This document shows, one piece after another, positions 1-10,800 of a stretch of DNA of 64,000 nucleotides. How positions within the stretch are numbered: the first letter of the stretch is position 1; each line of letters begins with the position of its first letter. Source of the DNA: Octopus sinensis (lineage: Eukaryota). The notes under the pieces were generated by a model, which was given only the letters and a program-made list of their open reading frames with translations, made no database searches and was not told where the DNA came from. The translations under genes and the position numbers were made by a program. The stretch is from NCBI RefSeq assembly GCF_006345805.1, contig NC_043022.1, positions 6,634,001-6,698,000 on the forward strand, in the 5' to 3' direction.

Positions 1-377
1 CATTCAGCTTGTGTTAGGGACATAAATTGTGACTAAGGTTTGGTGGAAGATTTTAAATCAAAACTTATGAAAACAAGACATTTGTAGTCAGAGCCAGAGC
101 CAGTTTCAGCCGGGTTGGTAACGAAAGGGTTAAATACCTTAGTATGAAATGGTTACAAATCATGGCAAGATGAAAGGGTTTCAAATTTTACAATTTCTGT
201 GTAGCATAGCAGGACAGTCAAATTACTTTGCACCAGTGTAGCAGCACACTGGTGCTGCATCCCTCCACTCTTTAAAAGCTAGCACAGAGGAATACACATG
301 AAACTTCTGCCCATGTAATAATGTGTGCTTTCCAAGAGCATTTATTCACTCACTGTCTAAGGGTTGGAATGTTAATA

Positions 378-612
378 CCTATTTCTTTATTACCCACAAG
401 GGGCTAAACACAGAGCGGACAAACAAGGACAGACATAGGTATTAAGTCGATTACATCAACCCCAGTGCGTAACTGGTACTTAATTTATCGACCCCGAAAG
501 GATGAAAGGCAAAGTCAACCTTGGCGGAATTTGAACTCACAACGTAACGCAGACGAAATACCGCTAAACATTTCGCCCGGCGTGCTAACGTTTGTGCCAG
601 CTCACCGCCTTT
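378..612 (-). mobile_element. SINE family B (others ~3800-4005, 7140-7550, 31163-31320, 39505-39675, 52250-52700, 55270-55460, 57730-57860, 58275-58432, 60955-61175)
   Basis: tRNA-like head with gagttcaaattcc B box; central gaggtcgactttgcctttcatcctttcggggtcgataaattaagtacc. Confidence 0.8.
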
Positions 613-1250
613 TGAAATGTTAATACCAAGTTCCCTTTTGTCACTGCTTTGCTTCATCTCACACAGATGTCGATACTAAACTATCAACGAGCTTGTGGCT
701 TGTCTAGCTCGACACACTATGGGAATTCTACTTCACCTCACTACCACTTCAAAACTCATTAGATATTTTAGATTTGCAGTCAAGTACCAGAGCTAACTAC
801 CTTGATGTGTATAAAGGAATTAACTCATTCTCCTACACTCTGTTGTCTTGTACGATTATCTCTGTTGTGCCAGCTATTTCATGTGTGAGCAAAGAATAGA
901 TGTCGTTACCTTTATGTAAAACATGCATTTATACATTTCAAAGCTTCTTACATACACACAGCTAAATATACTTCCTAAACTGGTAAAGCCCAACTCTTAA
1001 TTGACTTCTTGTTACATCTGCTTCTAATAAAGAAAATTCCTCAGTGAAAAGAATCAGTTTAACACTTGCAAATACAAAAAGTATTATGATCCCAACAAAA
1101 CAAAATTATCAATAGTATCTCAACTATTTGAAGAGGTGCACGTTTTGTCTACAACTGAAAAGAATCAAGTTAGAAATAAAAGAATGCCAAGTTGTTGTCT
1201 TCAGCAAAGAAACACAAATATTATTTTCATTTTCCCAATAAACAGAACTC

Positions 1251-1657
1251 TTTACTCTTTACTCTTTTACTTGTTTCAGTTATTTGACTGCGGCCATGCT
1301 GGAGCACCGCCTTTAATCGAGCAACTCGACCCCGGGACTTATTCTTTTGTAAGCCCAGTACTTATTCTATCGGTCTCTTTTGCCGAACCGCTAAATAACA
1401 GGGACATAAGCACACCAGCATCGGTTGTCAAGCAATGCTAGGGGGACAAACACAGACACACAAACACACATATATATATATATACATATATACGACGGGC
1501 TTCTTTCAGTTTCCATCTACCAAATCCACTCACAAGGCTTCGGTCGACCCAAGGCTATAGTAGAAGACACTTGCCCAAGGTGCCACGCAGTGGGACTGAA
1601 CCCGGAACCATGTGGTTGGTAAACAAGCTACTTACCACACAGCCACTCCTGCGCCTA
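1251..1657 (-). mobile_element. tRNA-derived SINE family A (CORE-like, octopus OR/OK type)
   Basis: head aggcgcaggagtggctgtgtgg (A box), ggttcagtccc (B box), CORE-like accttgggcaagtg, internal (CA/TA) linker. Confidence 0.85.
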
Positions 1658-1797
1658 TTCAGTTTCAGCACTGTTTCAGTTTTTCATCTCCAAATCAGAC
1701 TGAACAATAACAGTTTATATATTTTCCTAGACTAAGAAATAATGATTGCTCTTAATATTTTAGTTCATTTTTCAGAAAGAGAAAAATTGTTTCCTAC

Positions 1798-1871
1798 CTT
1801 GAAGTAACTTTATCTATTTCATTGATATTTTCATTGCAAATCAGATATTTATTGGCATCATTATCAGGACT
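1798..1871 (-). CDS. exon (SPDNDANKYLICNENINEIDKVTS); terminal (AGG TAG) or spliced at AG|gtagga
   Basis: atttttag| acceptor, open 74 nt in phase 0. Confidence 0.6.
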
Positions 1872-4800
1872 CTAAAAATATTTCAAAAATAAAAGATTTC
1901 ATGCTCTTATGTTTTTAACAAACTTTACTAATAATAAAACTTTAAATAAATTTTGAATGAACAAAAGAAAATTAATAATTTTATAACAGTGTTGTAAGCA
2001 AGAGAAAACTATTTATTGATATAAAAAGAGAATGTATGAATTTTTTTGATTTTCACTAACTTATATACAAAACAACAGTTTCGTAATTGAGAAATATGAC
2101 TAGAGGTTGTTTTTGTTGCTGTTGTCAATGAGTAACTCTAATTAGTTGTGAACAAAGGTTCTTATAATTAAAGATAATCTAAAAACAAGGCTAGTCAGGC
2201 TTGTCCTAATGACTAATTGTAGTCAATCACAACATTTAAATTAATTAGAAATAAAAATGCATTGAAATACAGTTACAAGTGAGGACATGTTCCAGTCTTG
2301 TAAAACCTCATCAGAAAAGTCTAGTCTAACTGTTACACATCTTTAGAACAGAAAATGTACTGTGATTAAGCTTACCGGCACATAAAGACCACAAGGCAAA
2401 TAGTTATTAAGTTGTTTTATGCAGGGAGTTGTTATTGGTGATAATCCCAAATCAAAAATGGGAGGGCTCTTTAAAGGAGTGAATGTAGAAGTTCCACAAG
2501 ACAGCTGAAAAGAAAACCCAAAAAAACATTACAATTAGAAGTAATTAAGAAGTTTATTATACAATCAAATAACAGTGACCAAGTTGTATTTATTAATTTA
2601 GTCATCACTTGTATTCAGTTTTAGGTTTAGATACCTCAAGTATAAGGGCCATGTTGTCGTCAGACTCAATACCTCCCAGTCTGGTCGCAGAAATAGAGGG
2701 AGAAATTATGACACTCCCCCAAGACTGAAGACCTGGGTTCAAATTCTTGTAACAAAGTGGTCTCTACTAAAGCTACCCAAGAGCCAGATAATAGTGTCAA
2801 ACAAGGTTATAGATTAAATGTATTGGCTTAGCACAAGTTTAATCCAACAGATTTCCATCAACCCAGTTTCACTGACAAAGCTGAGATCAACTCAAAAATA
2901 CAGTAGACATCATTTCTTCAAGTGCCATGTAATAGGATCAAATCCAAAATAAACCATATAAGCATGGCCTGAACTGCTAAATCACAGGAACAAGTCTATG
3001 TCAGGCCAGGTCAAAGGTCAATCTTTTCTGAGAAAACACGTAACACATTGATAGCAGATCAAAACATCAATCTATTGATCATTGGTTAATCAGTACTTAT
3101 CCATATTATTTGTTTAAGAATTAACAAAAGGTGAAATTTTTCATTCTTGTATGATTTTGGCAAATGGCTTTGATCTCAAATATTGTTCAATAGATAAAAC
3201 TGGGCGGGGTGGGGGGAATCAAGAGAAAGCTATTATCATCATGCTATAATTATCATAATAATGATTTCTGACATGGGTATAAGGTGAGAAAATAAGGGGA
3301 GCCTAGTCAGTGAAACTGAACCTAGTATTTGACTGGTACTTTAATTTATTGACACCAAAAAAAGGTGAAAGACAAAACTAACCTTGACAGGTTTTGAACT
3401 CAGGATGAAATTAAATGCTGACAAAAGCATTTTATATATATATATATAATGAAATTATTGTATACAGTGCTCAGGTGCACCACAACTTGTCAGAAAGTGC
3501 ATATAAAGTACATGCAGTAGTGTAGAAATGTCTGGAAAGTGAACATGCTTGTGTGTATATCAAGTGTAGTGTTGGCGAATCTCAGGAAGCATGGAAGTTT
3601 TGAAGGATGCAGTGCTCCGACAACTAACAACCGATGCCGGCAGTTTGTTCCACGCTTCAGCAACTCTCAGTGTGAAAAAATGTTTCCTGAAGTCATGGGA
3701 GCTGTGCTGTTTTCTTAGGGTTTTATCTATTCTGCCAAACCATGGCCCTTGGTTTTAATAACAGCAACAACAACAACGATTTCAATTATTTACCACAAGG
3801 TGGTGGACTGGCAGAATGGTAAGCATGCCAGGCTTAGAGGCAGTTCAACCCAGTCTGAGTTCAAATTCTGCCGAGGTCAACTTTGCCTTTCATCCTCTTG
3901 GGGGTCAATAAAATAAGTACCAGGTGAACATGAGAGTTGATGTAAATCAACTTACTCCTTCACCAAAATGCCTGACCTTGTGCCAAAATTTGAAATCGTT
4001 ATTTACCACAGTTATGGCAATGAGGAGACTTTACATGTAGTAGGATGGAGTTATTTTGAAATGAAATGAGAAATGAAAAACAAAGTAAAATAAACTGGAA
4101 AATATAGACAGTGTACAACTTTATTTCTAAAAATATTCCTATGAGAGAAGCATCACCTAAAGACAAAGAATCCCAAAGGTCCTGGATAACTCCGACAACC
4201 CTGGGTACCTACTAACTGTCATTCTTTGACTCACAGGTACATGTTGAAAGTAAGCCCCATTCATTCAGGCCATATTAGCAACCCTCATTCATCTTGTAAC
4301 AAATTTACTGGGATGTAACACCTGCCTCTCCAGCTGAGTCAATGAAGACAGGGCCAAAGTAGAAAGTGTCTGTTTTTAATACTTTTTGTTGCATCCATCA
4401 CAAAACCTCTTCAGTCACAGCCATAAGACAGAGGCAAGCTATTTGTCCTTCCTGCTTAAAAGAAGGTAACAGGGTGATCTTGATGATAGACTCAGCTGAC
4501 AGCTAAGTGGTGAGGGTGATGGAGTGAGGGATGATTATAGATATCTGGCACTCAGCCAGTTATGATGACAAAGGGTTCCAAATGATATGATTGATGGATC
4601 AGCTTGCTCGTGAAATTAAGATGCAAGTGGCTGAGCACTCCACAGACACACACACCCTTAACATAGTTCTTAGAGAGATTCAGCATGACATAGAATGTGA
4701 CAAGTCTGGTCCTTTTAAATTACAGGTACAAATCATTTTTGCCAGCTGAACCAATGTGGAATAAAGCGTCTTGCTGAAAAAGATAACATGCTGCCAGGGA

Positions 4801-7800
4801 TCAAACTCACAAACCTGACAATCATAAGCTGAGTACCCTAACCACTAAACCATGCACCTTCATTAGAGATGTCTAATTTTGACACAAGACCACAAATTAG
4901 TAGAAAAAGAATAAGACTAAAAAATTAAATATCATAAGTTGTTTTGATCGGTACTCTATTGTTTTGGAAAGAATTACAAGAATTATTACCTGTCTTAATT
5001 GGAAATGGCTTCCTGAGATTGTAAAGTTTTCTTGATCTTTCTTTCCAGAAATGTCATGCTTCTTTTTAGGGGTCTCAAATGTGGAAAATTGTAAGATATC
5101 AGAACTGGATGGGTGGGAAAAAGTAGATTCTTTTTTAATTGGCATTAATTCTTTCCCTATAAAAGGATCATATTTCTTAAGGAATTTGTCACCTTCTTTG
5201 GGTGTGCTGTAACTATTATTATTATGATTATTATTATTAGATCCATTACAAAATTTCTGATTTAACAACTCATCAAATTTCTTCTTTTTAACAGGTGAAA
5301 ATATCTGAATCTCTTCTTCATTTGCAAAGCATTTAGGATTCTTGCTTGGCCAAAATGGATAGTTGCTGCCAGTAATATTTGAAACCTCAGTTTCTTCACA
5401 TGCTACGGTTGAAGAGATATGTTTTTCCTATAAGTAAAAAAAATATATATATTTATAATACATCCATCAGATTTGATATTATTTTTAAACAACTTTTTAT
5501 GAATATTGATGTTAAATACAGTTAAAAACACTACATTCTAATATTTTTACTCTGTGCACGTACTTGAAACAACTTTAAATTAAAAGAGTTATATGTGTAT
5601 TATACACAATGTATATATAGTACGAATGGTACAAGTAAAAGATAAAAGATATATATTGTTTAAAGAAATACATGAAACCATATAAAACTTGTGTATTAAC
5701 CTGTGTTTCTGAGGGACTTTGAGAAGAATCAAAACATCCAGTTTCTGGTGAAATTTGATTATCCAATTCGTATATTTCATTTAAAAGATCATCTAAAAAA
5801 TTACATTTCCTCATCATTGAACTACTGTAATATATAATAGAAAGATAAGGCAGGTTTTTTCCAGCAAGCAGATATTAAAATATATTTTGGGCGAATTTAA
5901 ATAATTTGTTATCTAACTTTGGCACAAAACCCCCAATTATTTTATATAAATGTCTGCTGTCCACATTGGCATCCAGAGGGCTGAGAAGCTAAGTTAATCC
6001 AGATGGGATTTAAGTGCAGAATGTAGAAGTAATGTAAATTAATACTAAAGTCACCAAGCAATACCTTTCCATTATTAGTTTTGAAGTAATTTCAACCTGA
6101 ATAATTTTAGATAAAACACATTCACAGCTTTACGGTGATGAATTACAGCTTTTGTGTTCAACTTGAATAAAGACATTTGTTCTTAACATTTAATTTTGAG
6201 CTTTGTGCCTAAGTTATAAAACAAATACCTGAGTATGTAAAAACAAGACAAAAACATACATGGAGTTCCCCTGTTAATGAAAGGGAGATAATCATTTCTA
6301 CATACTATTTAGCGGGAATAGAAGTTTGAAATTTAAAATTGAGGAACAAGGAAGAAAAAGCATAAAATACACATATTTAATTTTCTTTTTTGTTTACATA
6401 TTAATAAGATGTTAACATTTCTAGTCTTAGGTAAAAATGTATAACATCATTTCATTTTTATTAGAAATCACCAGCATAACATAACCCAAGATAAATATAT
6501 TATTTAAAAATTAATCAGTGAATGCAATTAATATACCAACTGATTCACATTTGAAACTAATGTATTCATGTATTCTGATAGAAGCAAAACAAACAAACAT
6601 TTAAAACTCAATTGCCATTTAAAGTATGGGAGATTGCAACAAGTTGACAAACATTTTCTGAAACATAATGAAACAATTGCAAAAAGGTCTAAAAAAAATT
6701 GTGCATTCAAACTGGTCATAACCAGCCCAAATATTCTATGAGTTTTATGCATTAACTGGGGAGATCTCGCCTCTCACACCTATCCTACAATATCATTATA
6801 AAAATAAACAGTAACTTCAGTGAAATCTCTGAAGCTATAAGAGAACGCATGATTAATTCAAAACAATACGAACACACAAGTATCACATTTGACCAATTAA
6901 TCTAAATGCTAAAAGGTTAAACATTATTTACCTTGAAAATATTCCAGCTTGCTTTGCAGAAAATTCATTCCTGACCTCATTGATATCAGATAAAATATTA
7001 CTTGTCTCTGGAAGTAAACCACTGTCAACAAATTTCTCTGAATAAATAAATTAAAAAATGTCAAAATAATGATAAATTATACGATGATAATGACGAAAGA
7101 ATAATAAAATTTTTGATACTTTTTAGCAATTCTAAAGTAGCAAGCAAGTAGAATCATCAGCAGACTCGACTAAATGCTTAGTGGCATTCTGTGTCTTTAC
7201 ATTGTGAGTTCAATTTCTATCAAGGTCAACTCTGTGTTTCATACTTTCAGGGTTGATAAAATAAGTACCAGTTTAGTACTGGGGTTAATGTAATCGATTT
7301 ACCCCTGACCCCAGAATTGCTGGCCTTGTGCCAAAATTTGAAACTAGCAAAATCATCAGCACACCAAGCAAAATGCTTAGCAGCATTTCATTCATCTTTA
7401 TGTTCTGAGTTCAAATTCCACTGAAGTCAACTTTGCCATTCAGCCTTTCAGGACCAATAAAATAAGTACAAGTTGAGCACTGGGGTTGATGTAATTGACT
7501 TACCTCCTCCCCTGATATTGCTGGCCTTGTGCCAAAATTTGGAATCAATATTTTTTAACAATTCCATTCTCCAATAATTACTATAAGTTCAATGCTACAG
7601 ACAATCTTGTGGTGGAACATGTATTTTTATTTCATCTACTGGAGTTTTTTTAAAACATAAACCCTGAGAAAGAAGAGTAGTTTTAATCTCAATTTAGTGA
7701 AAACTAGCAGTATCGCCCGGCGTTGCTCGGGTTTGTAAGGGAAATAACTATAAAGCATTTTTAGAGAGTTATAGCCAAAAAATAGCAAAAAAATGATGGT

Positions 7801-10800
7801 AAATTTTTTTGAGAGTTAAAAAGGTCGAGTTGCGTCCCCTAGACAGTCTGTGGTTTGTGTTTCTGATTCTCGACCCCATGTCGAATTTACCGATTTTTTT
7901 CAGAACTGGGGGAACTTTTCAAAATTTTCGCTACGTTAATTTTGAATTATGACATTGGGCTATGTGTGTGTCAAGTTTCATCAGAATCGGTTAAAAGCCG
8001 TGGTCAGGGTGAGGGTACAACCTAACAGACACACAGACACGCAGACAGACAAACTGCCGTTTATATAGAGAGACATTTAACTAGGTTCTCTAATTTACAG
8101 TAAGGATAAAAATATATTAAAACAACAATACAACAATACACAGAATTATATTTAACAAAAAAAAAAAGATAATTTTTAGAAATAACTTTACTTTTTTCTG
8201 ATAGGAAATTTGCTAAAATAGATTCCAAGAAGTTGATGTGATTGACTGTTTCTTGAAGTATATGGGCCTGAAAAATTCAACAGCATTCAATATTTTTGTG
8301 AAGGCAGTTTAAAACATCCAAATAACAATAACAGTTAAAAAAAAAAAAAGAAAGAGAGAGAATTACCGTATTTGACGGCATATAGGACGCACTTTTTTCC
8401 AAAAAATTTGGCTCGAAAAATCGCCCTGCATCTAATATGCGAAGTCAAGACTCTCCCGTAGGCTAATCTTCTCCCAGACGCTCACTAACCTAGCTTACGA
8501 TAAGTATTTCTACCTACGCTAACGCCTTAATGATATTTTCAGAAGATGATGCATTATTTGAAGACAGTGATTTCAGCAGTAGTGATGAAGATGTTCCTTG
8601 TTTTGAAGATGATGAAGACTTTTCTGGTGTAGAAGATGATGAAGAGTTTTCTGGTTAAAAAGATGATTAAAGATGATTACTATTGTAATTTGTATGCTTT
8701 CCTTTTGTAATGTGCTGCTAGACTGCTTTCAACAATATATGCTTAAATACACTTAAAACTTTTTTTCCTGAATTTGACCTGCTGAAATGAGGGTGCGTCT
8801 AATATGCCGTCAAATATGATAAGTCCACAAGCATATCAATAATACATAAAAAGATTTAAGGCTTTTAAAACAAAATGGTTGGTCTGTTTATTTGCTATGT
8901 TTGTGCTGGAAAGAACAGAGGAAAGATCACTTCAGGAATGGGGAGGACACATTTCTTTGTCTTTAAGATTTGGTTGATTTTCTTTGAAAGAATTTTAAAT
9001 AGTAACATCTTCATTCATTTTGTATTTAATTACAAGCAGTTCCATCTTTCATTCTGTGGAGGTGCATAGCTTAGTGGTTAGGGATGTTGGACTTGTAACA
9101 GGATCTGGGATCAGTATCACTGAAGGGGTGTCGATCCGATCCCGTCACATACAATTTAGTAAGATATAACAGACGAAGTCAGGTTATCGGTGAAAGACAG
9201 CAGTTTGTTTATTAATCGTGATGGTGTACGTATATCTGATGGGAAAACGACAGCCGAATCTGTTGTACAGCTTCTTGTTCGTTGGTTGAAGTGGTTCGAT
9301 GTCATTCGCGGCTAAGTCGGTATAGTTATCAGAGACTACCAAATGCACGTCTGTTCCCAAGGGCTGAAATGGCCAGAGAGGATGAATGAGTGATTTGTGC
9401 CTTAGGGGTCAGTTTCCCGCACATGCGCATGGGGAAGACTTCCGGTGGCCACCCGGAAGTAATCCCATTCTGCGCATGCGCGCTGAACCTTACACAGTAG
9501 CATCACTACAGACTCATGATCATAAGATTGTGGTTTCAATTCCTGGACCAAGCAACACACTTCATTTCACATTGTTCCAGTCCTCTCAGCTGGCAAAAGT
9601 GAGTCATCCTGTCCAGGTGGGCAGTATAGATGCCACAAGAACAGGGACTCTGGCTCTATGAGTTTGTATAACTAAGGGAGGAGCTTTGTTTTTTATTCAT
9701 CTTTCATTTTGGCTCCACACACAGATATGATTGGCTTTAATACAGCATCTGTTTCTGCATGATGCTATATTCAAAACAAGCAACTTCTATCACTGAACCA
9801 TGACATACCAGACGCTGGTGTCATTGGGTTTATTCAGTAGCTAAGCTGACTTACAACATTCGACATGTCATCATCATCATCATCATCATCGTTTAACGTC
9901 CGTTCTCCATGCTAGCATGGGTTGGACGGTTCGACCGGGGATCTGGGAAGCCAGAAGGCTACACCAGGCTCCAGTCTTATCTGGCAATGTTTTTACAGCT
10001 GGATACCCTTCCTAACGCCAACCACTCCGTGAGTGTAGCGGGTGCTTTTTACGTGCCACCTGCACAGGTGCCAGGCGAGGCTGGCAACGGCCACGGTCGG
10101 ATTGGTGTATTTTACGTGCCACCGGCATGGAAGCCAGTCGAAACGGCGCTGGCATCGGCCACGAGTCGGATAGTGCTTTTTACATACCACCAGACCAGGG
10201 ATCCTGGCTGGTTCAATTCGATTTCGATGTATATTTTGAAAAACATTTCAGTTCGCTTAGCAAATCTAATTAGTGCACTAGCTGGAAGTTAGCAACAGTT
10301 TAATGATCAGAATGTGAAATGGTGGTGGGAATTCAGGAAAATATTGCACTAATGGCGATAGGAAGGTTATCTGTTTTCCATATCAAGATGGATTAGGATC
10401 AAAACATAATGGCATATAAAATTGTAACATGGGTGATAAAAGGAGAAGACATCCAGTAAAGAGAAGTAAAATAGAGTTGGTTATAGATGTGTAAAATATG
10501 GACTTGAGAAAGGTCAAGAAAAAGTGAGGTGAAAAAGTGATGGGTTATTTGCATCATTAATCACTTTATGGATGACTAAATTACAACAGGTATATCGCCC
10601 ATTGTTTGTATCATAGTGCATTGTGGTACCATTCAAAACTTTTTATTCTTCACTATATGTAATAAAGTGGCGTCACACCATACAATCTCTCTCTTTGCCT
10701 TGGGAACATACCAACTGCCCCTCACTGGATCCTCTGCTCTCACTCTGACCAAGACTTCCTGTATCATGTCGGTCGTCTTCTCTCCCACTCTATCATTCCT

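Noticed and set aside
1105-1155. Final STRA8-like coding exon (SCRQNVHLFK*)
   Set aside because: Good acceptor and compatible phase, but cannot be distinguished from termination at AGG TAG in the 1871-1798 exon
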